The position numbers were made by a program, and so were the translations under genes. Below, piece after piece: positions 1 through 13,784 of a stretch of 64,000 nucleotides of DNA. The DNA lies in assembly GCF_036971445.1 (NCBI RefSeq), contig NC_091469.1:453158001-453222000 (forward strand). Reading direction: 5' to 3'. This DNA is from Narcine bancroftii (lineage: Eukaryota). Within the stretch, counting starts at the first letter, position 1; the number at the start of each line of letters is the position of its first letter. The notes beneath the pieces were generated by a model. The model saw only the letters and a program-made list of their open reading frames with translations. It ran no database searches and was not told the DNA's origin.

Positions 1-178
1 TACTGCCCTACCATTTACCGTTGATGTCCTTTCTTGGTTTGTCCTTCCAAAATGCAACACCTCACATTTGTCTGCATTAAATTCCATCTGCCATTTTTCA
101 GCCTGTTTTTTCCAGCAGGTCCAGATCCCTCTGCCAGCTTTGAAAACATCCTTCGCTGCCCAAAACACCTCCAATCTG
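1..178 (-). mobile_element. CR1 LINE RT fragment (continues beyond the window edge)
   Basis: Reverse strand reads KWQMEFNADKCEVLHFGR, typical of CR1 ORF2. Confidence 0.8.
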
Positions 179-509
179 TGTGGACTCAGAGTTAGTGAAT
201 TGCAGTGCAAGCTGCAGGTGGCAGTTTTCACGTCCTTGTTGTCCATCCTTCATGGAGGTAGTTGTGGTCAGGGAGCTGCAAGTTGGAGCAACCTAGGGGT
301 GTAACTGCAGCACATTTTGTGAACTGCTGGGCATAGGACAAAACCCTGAGGAATAGCTGTGGTGTCGACACAGATCGGTTTGATTTGACCACCATTTTTT
401 TTGTGAATTAAGACCCCAACTACTGGAATGTTCTCATTCAACATCCATTATCACCGACAAGATCTAGTAGGGGGAGAATCTGAGCATACTCTTGAATATG
501 GTCTGTACC

Positions 510-845
510 AACTTAGAGTCATAAAGTTCTGCAACATGGAAACAGGCCCTTCACCCAAATTGACAACACCGATCAAAATGACTATCCCGGCAAGTCCTAC
601 CTGTTTGCATCCAGTCTAAACCTTTCCTATTCACATACCCATCTAAATGTCTTTTAAGTGTTTCAACTGTACCCACCGCTTCCATTTTCTTATCAGCTTG
701 TTCCATAGACCCACCACTCTTGAGTGAAATTGGTATTCCTCAGGTCCCTTTTAAATCTTTTCCTTTTCATCTTAATTCTATGCTCTCTGGTTTGAGATTC
801 CTTACCCTGGGTGGAAGACCATGATCATTTACCTTTATCTCCTCT
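510..845 (-). mobile_element. Degraded CR1 3' end
   Basis: catggaaacaggcccttc...ttaaatcttt...ttaccctggg pattern shared with other CR1 3' ends in the window. Confidence 0.6.
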
Positions 846-1409
846 TCTGATTATCTATTTAGCTGTTCAGTCAATGCAATATGAAATGAGTGGTCTTTTT
901 CTTTGGAACTCTCACTGTATTTTGCTTTGGGCTTTTAGCCTGGTGTCCACAACAAGAATGGAGCGTGACTTGGGGAAGTAAGACAATCGCCATTTTGTTT
1001 ACAAACTGAGCATCAGTACAGAAGCTTTGAGAACTGCTGAATATGTGAACTGCGGTTTATGCATCCAGTCTAACAAAAGATATATGGTATGACCTAACAG
1101 ACATGTGGATTACCACAGGAAATCCTATAATCAGCCAAATGAAATTGACAACAAGAGGATAATGTGAACAGGGATAAACAACATTTGGCTTAATGCTAAA
1201 TACCATTTTCATTGTGATAAACTATCACAAAACAATGATGAGGAATGTCTTCAATTGCTGATGCCAAGTTCATTCTCTCTTCCCACCCAAAGAAAAGCAG
1301 AGAATTAATTGGCTGCTTGCAAAACATGGGCAATTTTGAGATACCACAGTTGTCTCTCATGGTCTGTAAACATGGGGATGCTTTTATGCCCATTTTATAA
1401 ATACAACAG

Positions 1410-2030
1410 TTCACACTTCATCATAGAACAACAAAGCCCTTCAGCCCACCAAGTCTGGACTGAACCTGATGCCAATCTAGATAATCTCATGTACTTTAAT
1501 CTGGCTGCTCCTCCACCTCTGACACTCCAAAGAAAACAATCCAAGTTATTCCAGTGGCTCCTTTTAGTTGATAGACTCCACATCCTTCTTGTAGTGTGGC
1601 AACCAGAATTGTATACAATAATCCAGATGTGGGCAAAACAAAGTTTTATGCAGCTGCCACACGACTTGTTAACTTTTATACATGTTGCCCAACGCATAAA
1701 AGCAAGTATGTCATACACCTTCTTTCTTAGCACATTTACTGGAATTGTTATTTGTTATCAACTTGTATCCCAAGATCCCTCCATACATCACTGTTCTGTA
1801 CATCAATCCTTCTATACGTACAAGAGTGCGAGTGAAACACTAGTGAAACACACACAAGGGTCCTCCCATTTACTGTATAATGTCCTCACGCACTGGACCT
1901 TCCAAAATGCAACACTTCATACTTGTCCAGATTAAACTCCATCTGCCAACATTTCCAAATTATCATTTGACAAAGCCATCGCTATCCTCAACTCCAGCAA
2001 ATGTTGTGTCGTCATCTCCAAACTGCCTCA
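1410..2030 (-). mobile_element. Degraded CR1 3'/RT fragment
   Basis: Starts with catagaaca...gcccttcagcccac (CR1 tail). Remnants of VQFWxPH and WQMEFN motifs on the minus strand. Confidence 0.65.
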
Positions 2031-4130
2031 TCAGGATATACAAAACACGACTTCTATAGCCATATCAATTTTGTGGTCACTCAAGAGGGTTTAGAAACTG
2101 GAAAATTGAAGCAAAATAAGTAAACTGTTGGAGGATCTCAGTGGATCCAGCAGTATCTGTGAAGGTAAGGAAATGTTTTGGGTCATAATTTGCATCAAGA
2201 TGAAGAGGTGAATGACTACAAGACATAGGAGCAGAATTAGGCCAGTCCACCCATCAAGTCAGCTCTTTCATTTTAATCATCACTAATGCATTTTTCCTCA
2301 ACCACCACTCTCTGTGAAAAAGTTGCCCTTCAGGTCCCCTCTCACCTTAAACCCTGCAGGAATTTATGTGAAGATTATGGGAACACAGGAGACGGTGGGA
2401 TCTACAAACACTCTTTATCTGAGACGACTCTCTTTCGTTTCTCTTTCTCTGCACTGGACTATTGGCACCCTTTGCGTGCCTTTACAGGGCAAAGCAAAAC
2501 AAATTTTGTATATTTTGTATCTGTGACAATAAATGATTCTCAAGCCAAGTCACATGGGGAATGATGGGGAAATGGAACCAGGTGGAGAAGGGGATGGAGA
2601 AAGTTGGGAGACAGAGGCTGATAGGCGAAAAGAGATAAAGAAAATAATTTTAAAAAGGGGCAGATAGAATGAGAAGTGGGAGGGGAGGTGTAAGGTCGAG
2701 AAAAGGACAGAAAGTAATGTGAAACTACAAGGGAAGATGGGGAAAGGAATAGGAAGAGTAGGCCAGGGGAGAATATTAAAGAGGAGGATGTGTCATTTAA
2801 CCTGAGAAACATAGATAGATACGTCACCAGGTCCTGATAGAATCTATAACTAGGATTCTGAGGTAGCAGGGGAAAATTATCAAGAATATATAGATAATGA
2901 TCACTGACCCAACCAGATGACATCTATTAATCTTAGGAGCTACCCCAACTTCTTAAAAGGGGAGGCCTAAATCAGAGGAGAACTGGGAAGCTTATTTTGA
3001 ATGAGAATGAAGGAGTAGGTCTGTCATCAAGAGTCTGAATATAATGACTTTCAGTGCCGTCATTTTTGATCGCGAAAAGTTTTGTAATCTCAAATGCTCA
3101 CAAAGTCCAATGGCTACGGGATAGTTTCCCCTAACAAATTATGATTGCAGTGATAAGACTATGAAATGATTTCAAAACAAAAATCGAGTGTTGCTTATCC
3201 CAGAGTCAGGGCGTGACAATAAAATTAAGGGTCAGCGAAGGTTTGAGTGAACAACAGAATGGGTGGCTGTCTTGTACAAACTTAAGTTTACAGGGGGAGA
3301 GAACAAGTCTTCAAGGATATCTGGGACTTTATATTGCATCAAACAATTGATGTGGAAAAAGTTGAAACTCCTGGAGCACAATTGTACAAAGATGCATACC
3401 ATTTTGCATCCAAATTGATTGGCATTTGTCAATCTCAATGCAATCTAACGGTGTCCTACATATCACAATTAAAGGGTTTCTGATATTAAGATGAGGTTCC
3501 CATTAAAAAAAAATATTTGAATGTCAAACTTTGATCAAGGTGACAAGCATTAATTCACTCAAAAACACATCACATGTAAATGGAGCTACCTTAATGTTAT
3601 CTGGTTACAGAGAAGCTTTGCTCTCCTTTACCAACCATTACCTGCCTCTGCTAATTCTGGATTCATTATTGGAAGATGCTCCCTGCCTGGTGAGAGTCCA
3701 CCTGAACAGACAGCTTCCACATTCAGTGACTGAACTTGAAAAAGCATCAAAATCAACTGAATTCTCATCTGGCATTCACAAACAAATTTTCAGGAGATCT
3801 CACTGAAGTACGGATCTTAGAATGTAACCTGTGGAAGTGAGACCAGCCAACACTAAACCAAATATCTCAGTACAGGATGGAAAACAAACAAAATATTGCA
3901 AAATGAGGACCATACAGATCAGGGCACAAGGAGCTGTTTCGACACACATTTCAACAAGGCACTGCCATACCTGTTTAACAAGGATCAATTCAAAACAAAT
4001 TGTTCAAACTTGCCATCGGAAACATTAAACAGCACCAAAGATGAGCTAGCAGGAAAAACAGCCTTTGATAAGGTAATGGTGAAAATGATAAAGGAAATAA
4101 AACAATGTAATTCCAAGTGACTGCACTTAC

Positions 4131-4306
4131 CACAACTGCTGTATTATTTTCTCCTCATCAGCCAAGTACTTCTGTCGCTCTTCTTCCACTAGAATACGCT
4201 GTCTCTGTAGAGGGTCTTCTGATCTCCGCAGTGCTTCAATTACCCTCCCATTGATTTCAGACTCTGCTTTCTTGAACATTGCTTTGAGTGTCTCTTGGTT
4301 TGTGAG
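4131..4306 (-). CDS. KIAA1217: KIAA1217 coding exon (176 nt, phase 0 to 2): LTNQETLKAMFKKAESEINGRVIEALRRSEDPLQRQRILVEEERQKYLADEEKIIQQL(C)
   Basis: Hand translation matches human LQNQELLRAMMKKAELEISGKV...EDPVQRQRVLVEQERQKYLHEEEKIVKKLC as recalled. Acceptor ccaccatcag|CTC; donor TG|gtaagt. Confidence 0.95.
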
Positions 4307-4769
4307 CTGATGGTGGAAAATAATTCAGATTCAGTCTTCTCCGCATGTTCAATGACTTTGGAAATCAAATTGCTTTGCTGCCTTCAGAAATCAATCTACC
4401 TCACAGCTTACACACAGCTTAATCTTATCTTTATTTCACAAAGATTGCATGGACAAAAGTCAAAAGTCACATAACCACTTAACTGGAGGGAACTGACAGA
4501 ACAATTGCTACAGCCAGATTACAGGCTGCAATTAAATTTGACACCTTCTATGGAGTTTCAACTGTTTTCTGATGGGAGAGCACCCAATTATGAAGACAAA
4601 ATGATTGAACTAAGTAGATATATAAAAATAACTTTTTTAAGGAACTCATGAAATTTTTCCATGAAGCAGAGTTCATCGCCACCATTCAGCAGCAATAGTT
4701 TTAAAGGAGCAATAGTAAAACAAATCTTGCATATGCCTTAAAACAAATTCCTCTCATGTCAACTGTATC

Positions 4770-5462
4770 TCACCATCTCTCATATTTCAGTACAATACCA
4801 AAATGAAGCACGTCATACTTATCAGCATTAAACTCCATCTGCCATATTTCTGCCCACTCCTCTAAGCAGTTTAAATCCCTCTGCAATCTTTGAAAACCCT
4901 CTTCATCATCCACAGTTCCCCCAATTTTAGTATCATCTGTATATTTACTAATCCAATTTACTGCCCAAACCTGAAGATCATTAATATATATGACAAATAG
5001 CAACGGTCCCAATACCGATCCCTGAGGTTCACCGCTTGTCACCGGCCTCCATCCTGACAAACAATTATCTACTACTACTCTCTGACACCTTCCTTCCAGC
5101 CACTTTTGAATCCATTTGACTATCTCCAAATTAATACCCAGGGACTTAGCCTTCCTAACTAACCTTCCATGTGGAACCTTATCGAAGGCCTTACAGAAGT
5201 CCATATAGACAACATCCACTGCTCTACCCTCATCAACATTCCTAATCACCTCTTCAAAAAATTCAACAAGATTGGTCAAACATGACCTTCCACACATAAA
5301 TCCGTGTTGAGTGTCCCTGATCAGACCCAGTCCCTCCATATACTTATATATACTATCTCTAAGAATGCTTTCCATCAATTTACCTTCCACAGACGTCAAA
5401 CTTACAGGCCGATAATTGCAAGTCTTGATCTTCGAACCTTTTTTAAACAAAGGATCTACATG
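4770..5462 (-). mobile_element. CR1 LINE RT domain fragment
   Basis: ORF 4770-5552: NYRPVSLTS, QHGF..GRSCLTNL, DVVYMDF.KAFDKVPH, PQGSVLGPLLF.IYINDL, KYTDDTK. Confidence 0.93.
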
Positions 5463-5489
5463 CGCAAAAGTTCTTTTTTTTTTAAAAAA

Positions 5490-6225
5490 AAAGGAGCCTA
5501 ACATATCCGCCTCCACAACTGTTACTGGCAGCCCATTCCATGCACCCACCACTCTCTGTGTAAAACCTTGCCCCTGACATCTCCCCTGTATCTACTCCCT
5601 AGCACCTTAAACCAGTGTCTTCTTGTGGCAATCATTTCAGCCCTGGGAAAAAGGCTCTGTCTATCTACACGATTAATGTTTCTCACCATCTTAAACACCT
5701 CTATCAGGCCACTCCAAAGAGAAAAGGCCGAGTTTTTATGAAAACTCAACCTGTTTTCATAGGGCATGATCCCTAAACCAGAGAACATCCTTGTAAATCT
5801 CCCCTACACCCTTTCTATGGCTTCCATGTCCCTCTGGCAGTGAGGTGACCAGAACTGTGCACAGTACTTCAAATGGGGTCTGACCAGGATCCCATATAAC
5901 TGCAACATTTCCTCTTGGCTCCTAAATTCAATTCCATGATTAATGAAGGCCATTACACAGTATTGCCCTCTTAACCACAGAGTCAACCTGTGCAGTTGCT
6001 TTGACCTTCTGATAGACTGGGACCCCCAAGATCTTTCGGATACTCCACACTGCCAATAGTCTTACCATTAATATTATATTCTGCCATCATATTTGACCGA
6101 CCGAAATGAACTACTTCACACCTATCTGGGTTGAACTCCATCTGCCACTTCTCAGCCCAGTTTTGTAACCTCTGACAGCCCTCCATACCATCCACAACCT
6201 TGTGTCATCAGCAAATTACTGACCA
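5490..6225 (-). mobile_element. CR1 LINE ORF2 C-terminal part (3' portion of a CR1 split by a Rex1 insertion)
   Basis: KWQMEFNPDRCEVVHFG, LVRPHLKYCAQFWSPH, TRRHWFKV; starts at (W)VSxFADDT. Confidence 0.9.
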
Positions 6226-9200
6226 ACAAAATGGCACTGGTGACTTCCTACAGGCTGCAGAATCCACGTTATTAAAAACTTTTAAATACCTGTTAAAAAA
6301 AACACGCACAATACAGCTGGTCTCCTTACAATCAGCTGCAGGTATTTTTTTCAATAACCAAACACCTGCTAATCATAGTTAAATGATCCTCAAATCTCCC
6401 AGGTAACAGCTGCTTCAGAAACAGAATGGGGGCAAGGCAGAGATCTTAAAGGGACAGGCCACCACCATGACTGAGGGCGGAAACGTGGAGTTAGGGCCAG
6501 GATTCAAACAAGGCTGCAGCACAGAGGTCTGAGACTTCCCCTACCATCCATATTACTGGCAAATGTCCAGTCACTGGAGAATAAATCAATGATTTTATTC
6601 TAAGGGTAAGGCTAATCTACCAGAGCCAAGTAAGATAATCTCAGCTGTTTGCTGCACCGAGACCTGGGTAACAGAGAACACACTTGACACAGCTATCCGA
6701 CCAGACGGTTTCCCCATCCATAGATTGGATCGGAACTCGAATTCTGGTAAAGGGAGAGGAGGAGCTGTTTGGTTTTTCATTAATACTGGGTGGTGCATGG
6801 ACATTGGGGTTATGTCAACTTCTGCTTTAAAGCAAATCTCAATTAAATACAGACCCTTCTATCCACCCTGAGACTTCTCATAAGTGATTCTCACCAGAAT
6901 TTACATCACTCTGGATGCCAATTACAAGCGGGCACTTACGGAACTGCATGATGTTGTCAGTAAACAAGAGATGGCCCAGCCCAATGCACTACAAATCTTA
7001 GATGGCAACTTTAACCAAGCCTGTGTCAAAAAAACCCTGCCCAACTACCACCAGCATGCAACCCGCTGTTCCAGAGGGAGGTCCCATCACACTTGATTAC
7101 TCGTACACCAAGATAAGGAAGCCTATCGTTCTATCCCGAGACTGCACTTTGGCAAGTCTGATAACCTGGCTGTGCTCCTTCTGCCTTTATACAGACAGAG
7201 CTCAAAAAGAGAGGCTCAAGTTGTCTGGACATCTAGAAGATGGTCACAGGAGGCTGAAGGACAGTTACAGGACTTTATCAAGTCAGCGGATTGGGAGGTG
7301 TTCAAGGATTTGGCTGAGAACCTGAACAAGTACACTGAGGCTGTCACACACTTTATCAAATCAGCTGAGGTTGAGTGCATCTCCACCAAATCATTCAGGG
7401 TTTTCAACAACCAGAAGCCCTGGTTGAACAATGAAATTTGGAACCTGCTGAGAGCCAGATTACAGGCATTTAAGTCCGGAGATCCAGATCAGTACAGCAG
7501 GAGCAGGTATGACCTGTGGAAAGCTATCTCCCAGACGAAATGGAGATTCCGTGTGAAAATGGAAATAACAAGAGACACCCGACAGCTGTGGCAGGGCCTA
7601 AATGACATAACCTGTTACAAAATGAAATCTGGTAAAGTAGCAAATGGGAAAGCTTCTCTCCCAGAGGAACTCAATGCCTTCTACACCTGATTTGATTACA
7701 GTAATAGCAAAGAACCACCCCTCCGCACCCCACATCCCCTGATGATCCCACCCTGTCCGTATCTGAGAACGATGTGTGTGTTGCCTTCAGGAGAGTGAAT
7801 CTGAGGAAAGCATCTGGCCCGGATGGAATACCTGGCCAAGTATTAAAAATGTGTGCTGACCAACTTACCAAGGTATTCACAGCTATCTTCAATATCTCTC
7901 TCCAGCAGGGTGTGGTACCCACCTGTTTCTAAAAGGCGTCAATCATACCAGTGCCCAAGAAGAGTGTAGTAACCTGCCTTAATGACTTTTGACCAGTACC
8001 ACTTACATCAACAGTGATGAAGTGTTTCAAAAGGCTGGTGATAAAGCATTTCTGCTCTTGTCTGAGTGGTGACATGGATACGTTACAGTTCGCCTTTCGT
8101 AGCAACAGGTCTACGGCAGATGCCATCAACACAAAATCTTGGAACATCTAGACAGCAAAGATGCCTACATCAGAATGCCCTTTATCGACTACAGTTTGGC
8201 ATTTAACACCATCATCCCCTCCAAACTGATCAGCAAACTCCAAGACCTGGGAGTTAACACTCCACTGCGTAATTGGATCATGGATTTCCTCACCTCCAGA
8301 CCACAATCAGAGAAGGTTTGTAAAAACATCTCCTCCACAATCTCCATTAGTACTGGACCACCACAAGGATGTCTTCTTAGTTCCTACTCTACTCATTTTA
8401 CACCTTTGATTGTGTAGCTCGGTACAACAATAACCAGCTATACCACGGTAGTGGGTTGTATAAAGGAAGGGGATGAGTCAGAATACAGGATGGAGATTGA
8501 AAACTTGAATGATGCACCAACAACAACCTTGCACTCAATGTCACCAAAACTAAGGAGCTGATTGTTGACTTCAGAAAGGGAAAGCCAGAGGTTTACAATC
8601 CAGTGATCATTGGGGGATCAGAAGTGGAGAGGGTGAGTAAATTTAAGTCTTGGAAGTCACGATCTCGGAGGATCTTTCCTGGACCCAACACACCAATGGC
8701 ATCATAAAGAAAGCACGTCCTCTACTTCTTAAGGAGTTTTCAGAGTTTTGGTATGACACCAGAAACCCTGGCAAATTTCTACAGAGTGTACTGACCGGCT
8801 GCATCATGGTCTGGTATGGAAACACCAATAGCCCTGAGCGTAAAGTCCTCTAAAAGGTAGTGGATACAGCCCAGCATCTCACAGGCACTATTGACCCACT
8901 ATTGACCAGACCTACAGAGAACGCTGTAGTCTGAGAGCAGCAGGAATCATCAAAGACCCTCATCAACCAGCACATGCTCTGTTCTCGCTTCTGCCATCAA
9001 GGAGGTATAGGTCCCACAAGACTCGCATCACCAAGTTCAGGAACAGCAGTTACCCCTCCACCATCAGACTCCTCAATGACAAGCAATCAGAAACTCAATT
9101 AAGGACTCTTAATTGTGCACTTTATTTATTTTTCTTTTGTTCTCTCTGTATTGCAGAGTCAGGTTGTTTACAGTTTTTGTTTGTTTACATTTTTTACGCC

Positions 9201-9320
9201 ATGTACAATTGTTTTGTACTATCAATTAGTAGTAATTTTGCCACGGCCACAGGAAAAAGGAATCGCAAGGTTGTATGTGATGTCATGTATATACTTCAAC
9301 AATAAATATGAAACCTGAAC
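6226..9320 (+). mobile_element. Near-full-length decayed Rex1/Babar-type non-LTR retrotransposon (APE endonuclease + RT)
   Basis: LLANVQSLENK, ETW, GNFNQA, HFGKSD (APE); [53 protein letters not shown] (RT); Rex1-like 3' UTR ending aataaa...gaaacctgaacc. Multiple stops and frameshifts. Confidence 0.88.
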
Positions 9321-9950
9321 CCATCGCTCCACTTCCTCATCCAGGTCATTTATAAAAATCACAAAGAGTAAGGACCCCAGAACAGTTCCCTGAGGACCAC
9401 CACTGGTCACTGACCTCCATGCAGAATACGACCCATCTACAACCAATCTTTGCCTTCTGTGGGCAAGCCAGTTCCGGATCCACAAAGCAATGTTCCCTTG
9501 GATACCATGCCTTCTTACTTTCTTAACAAGCCTTGCATTTGGGAACCTTATCAAATACCTTGCTGAAATCCATATACACTACATCCACTGCTCTTCCTTT
9601 ATCAAAGTGTTTACTCACATCCTTAAAAATTCAATCAGGCTCGAAAGGCACAACCTGCCCTTGACAGAGCCATGTTGACTATTCTAATCATATTATACCC
9701 CTCCAAATGTTCATAAATCCTACCTCTCAGGATCTTCTCCATCAACTTACCAACCACTGAAGTAAGACTCACTGGTCTATATCCCTGCTCCCTTTCTTGA
9801 ATAAAGGAACAACATCCGCAACCTTCCAATCCTCTGGAACCTCTGCCGTCCCCATTGATGTTTCAAAGATCATCACCAGAAGTTCAGCAATCTCGTCCCT
9901 CACCTCCCACAGTAGCCTGGGGTACATTTCATCTGGTCCTAGCGACTTGG
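9320..9950 (-). mobile_element. CR1 RT fragment (5' portion of the CR1 that continues at about 6225)
   Basis: GPDEMYPRLLWE, PEDWKVADVVPLFKKG, YRPVSLTSVVGK, PQGTVLG.LLF.IFINDLDEEVERWV. Confidence 0.9.
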
Positions 9951-10029
9951 CAGAGAGTCTGTGGGCAGCAGAATCATGCTTATCCACAATAAATTTTTAA
10001 AACTAGGTTATTAAAGGCTTTCAGAAGTA

Positions 10030-10600
10030 CCATACTGAACTTCCTCAGGAATTTGCAGAGGTTTGGTTTGACACCAAAAACACTGGCGAATTTCTACAGA
10101 TGTGTGGTGGAAAGTGTGCTGACTGGTTGCATCATGGTATGGGAATATCAATTCCCCTGAGCATAAAGTCCTCCAGAGGTACCAGACACAGCCCAGGACA
10201 TCACAGGCAAAACCCTCCCCACTATTGAGAACATCTACAGGGAACACTGCTGTTAGAGAGTAGCAGCAATCATCAAGGATCCACACCACCAGCACGCTCT
10301 GTTCTCACTGGTGCCATCAGGGAAGAGGTATAGATGCCACAAAACTCACGCCACCAGGTTCAGGAACAGCTGCTCCTCCTCCTGCATCAAACTCCTCAAA
10401 ACCTTTTTTTTATTGCCTCTGTATTGCACAAGTCAACTTGTTTACATTTGTTATCTGTTTACAGTTCTTTATTTGTTTACATGTATATGCTGTCTGCTGT
10501 CTTTTTGCACTACCAATAAGTGGTAATTCTTCCTCACCAGCAGGAAAAAGAATCTCTAGGTTGTATGTGATGTCATGTATGTACACTGACAATAAACCTG
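10030..10600 (+). mobile_element. Rex1-type 3' fragment (second copy)
   Basis: Collinear with 8720-9305 (VLTGCIM.YGN, RYRCHKTHATRFRNS, same 3' UTR). Confidence 0.85.
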
Positions 10601-10824
10601 TCATCTTAGAAATGTGAAATCCAAGAGCCAATCCGCAGAACCGTTCCGTGTCTGATGATTTAAAAAAACTGGCAAGATTGATTCAAATTATGACTTTCTG
10701 ATGGATAACTTGGTTAGGGTATTGAAAAGAAGCATACATAGCAATACAATGAGTAGCTCACAGAACAGAGAGTGCAGTGGGCACATCTAAGGCACAACTA
10801 CTTTTAGCACGCAAAGAGAGTACC

Positions 10825-11140
10825 AGAATCAGAATTTATTGTCGTGAACAAGTCACAAAACTCGATGTTTAGCAGCTGCATCACGGTGCTAGCATTAATA
10901 TAAACCATCTCACTACAATAAATTTTTTTTAAATAGTGCATGAAAGGTAAGGCATTGTCTTTGGTTCATTGATTATTTGGGAATCTGACGGCAGTGGGGA
11001 AGAAGCTATGCTTGTGCTGTTGAGTGCTTGTCTTTAGGCTCCTGTACCTTTTCCCCACCGGTAGCAGAGTGAAGAGGGCATGGCCTGGTTGGTGGGGCTC
11101 TTTGAGGTTAGGGACTGCTTTTTTAAGGTATGGCCTCACG
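10825..11140 (-). mobile_element. Rex1-type 3' fragment
   Basis: atcagaatttattgtc tail and reverse-strand GHALFTLLPVGKRYRSLKTSTQ motif. Confidence 0.7.
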
Positions 11141-11479
11141 TTTTGCAGAAGATTCAGGCTATAGCTTACTCACACCAACATTTTCAGATACTTTAAAATC
11201 CATCCACTCATTGAAACCTTCTACCCACTATTCTTCCACTATCCACCTACACAAAGGATACTTTACAGTAGTTGGTTAGCTGAACAACCAGCCCATGTTT
11301 GGAGATGAAAGGAAGCCAGAGCACCTGGGAAAAATGCACTCACCTATAAGGAAGTTTATATAATTAACATATGTCAGCACGCATGAATTTGAAAGTGCGT
11401 CTAGAAACGTAGATAGAAAAGACGTGGGGAAGAGAAGAGGGAGAAAGTAGATGGTGAAGGAGCACATGCTAATAGTTAA

Positions 11480-11820
11480 GAGGTAATAGGTAGATACAGG
11501 TCGGAGGGGTAGAAGATAGAGAAGTTGAAAAGTGATGGGGCGAGGGCGGATAGCTCTGTGACAGGAGCAGCGAGTTGAAGAAAGAAGTCAAGGAGAGGGA
11601 AAGTAAGACCAAGGGAGGGTGATCAACGGAAATTGAAAGCCAATATTAATGCCGTTTGGTTAGAGATCACTGAGAAGATATTGTTCCTCCATTTTGCGGC
11701 TGGCCTCAATTTGACAGTACCAGTCCACGGTCAGACCTGTCAGCATGGGCATGGTGTTTGGAATTGAAATTATTGGCCACTGGGACGTCCTTGTTGTCAT
11801 GGACAAGGCAAAATGGTCAA
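11480..11820 (-). mobile_element. Degraded Penelope-like (GIY-YIG) fragment
   Basis: Similar to 29390-29600 (VANNFNS, EASRKMEEQY, PNGINIGF). Confidence 0.55.
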
Positions 11821-12997
11821 CTCTGTTGAATGATTGTTGAGGGTTCTGAGACCCATGTTATAACAAGAGATTAGAGCATTGCAGAGCTTGAGCAGTTATT
11901 ACTTGCAAGATATGGGCCAGCTTTGGCGCCACTCAATCCACTGCTCTCCTTCTACCCTCCCTGTTCCCTACACTCCACTGCAGGAATAGTTCAGGTCAAA
12001 GTTCAAGACATTGATGAGAATAGAAGCAGCAAGTGTCTCTGTGGATCAATTCACTTTCCAACCTTTAGCCCTACTTTAATGATGTTGCCAACACAGCTAC
12101 ACATAATTAATGAGAAATAACAATTTGAGTTTATAATTACAGGAGCCATCATCTGCCCCTTCATGCAACCACTTCAAAAGGCATTTAGTGTTTATTACAT
12201 GGGAAACTGAAACTGATTTCCGCACTAAGACGTCCACTGCGTCAGCTGGTTATTGATTTCTCAGTAATGCATCTCACCTTCGTAATTAAAGCCTGAACAA
12301 CAAACTCCAGCTTAAGCCTGATACAGACCATATCTGAGGACACGTGGAAAAAAGCAACTACGTACAGGCCCTGACGGAAAGAGCATGAGATGGGATGGAA
12401 CCCTTCTTTATTTGTTCATTACATTCACTTTGTCTTATCAGAACAATGCAGCCTCTGCCAGTATTCATACATCTTCATAGTAAGTGAAGTGTATTTGCTA
12501 CTTTCAGAGGGAGTGTGAGGTGAATGCATTTGGGATTGGAAGTGACCCAACTAAAATCACAATTTCTCCATATAAAATCACTCCTAACCTGCTTCATTGA
12601 TAAACGTTAGGTTAAATTTGAATTAAGACATGTTAATCATCCACATTCTCTTTAGATTTAAGGTTAATAAAGTGATTTTTTTTGGCAGGAGATTATTTCG
12701 CAGCATCTTAAAAGAGAGATGTTGTTCCTCACTCATTCTTGATTAAGACCATGACATCTATCCAACCTTTAATATTGCAAAGGTGGCTGATTAGACCAGC
12801 TTAGGCTGGAAAGTTCCTTTTCACACATACGACAGAGGAGCAGGGATGTTGTTTTTGTAAGCAAATGGGTTCTTGATTTTTGAGATTCTCTTTTTCTCGT
12901 TTCTTCCTTAGCTGATTTTATGTGAGTTGGCTGAACAGGACCATCCAATGCTTGTTGTCCCAGTGGTGTGAACCAATGTCAAAATTCATTGGAGATG

Positions 12998-13568
12998 TTG
13001 TTGCGGCCTAATTTGGAGTTCTGTGTGCAGTTCTGGTCGCCTAATTATAGGAAGGATATAAACAGAGTGGAGAGAGTGCAGAGAAGGTTCACCAGAATGT
13101 TGCCTGGGTTTAAGCATCTGGAGTATAGGGAGAGATTGGACAGATTGGGTCTTTATTCTTTGGAGCGTAGAAGGTTGAGAGGGGATTTGATAGAAATATT
13201 TAAGATTATGAAAGGGATAGACAGAATGGATGTGGATAGACTATTTCCGTTAAGAGGAGGAAAGATTAAAACAAGAGGACATGAGTTAAGAGTTAAGGGG
13301 CAGAGGTTTAGAGGTAACATGAGGGGGAACTTCTTTACTCAGAGAGTGGTAGCTGTGTGGAATGATCTTCCGGGAGAAATAGTGGCGGCGGAGTCAATTG
13401 TATTATTTAAGAAAAGGTTGGACAGGTATATGGATGAGAAGAAGATGGAGGGTTATGGGCATTGTGCAGGGAGGTGGGACTAGAAAGGGGTGTTTGGTTC
13501 GGTGCGGACTAGAAGGGCCTAATGGTCTGTTTCCGTGCTGTAATTGTTATGTTATGTTATGTTATGTT
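12998..13568 (+). mobile_element. Young 5'-truncated CR1 (intact ORF2 C-terminus and (GTTAT)n tail)
   Basis: Uninterrupted RPNLEFCVQFWSP...ERVQRRFTRMLPG...RGNFFTQRVV..WN; 3' UTR ending gttatgttatgttatgttatg. Confidence 0.93.
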
Positions 13569-13784
13569 CTGCAAGTCTTCAATTTTTATTTCTATCCACC
13601 TCACGAGAGTTAGCCCTCAGTCATTTTTCCATACAGTGGTTCCTTTGGTATTCTATCATCAGACTGATACATGCCCCTTCATCCCAGCACCCCCGTGATG
13701 TCCATCAACCATATTAATCCCTTTTTAAATTCTCATTCTCTTATCCACTCCCCCATGTTTCGACTACTTAAGACAACTTACGGT

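Noticed and set aside
1309-1935. 208-aa plus-strand ORF
   Set aside because: It is antisense to a degraded CR1 fragment and shows no recognisable domain.
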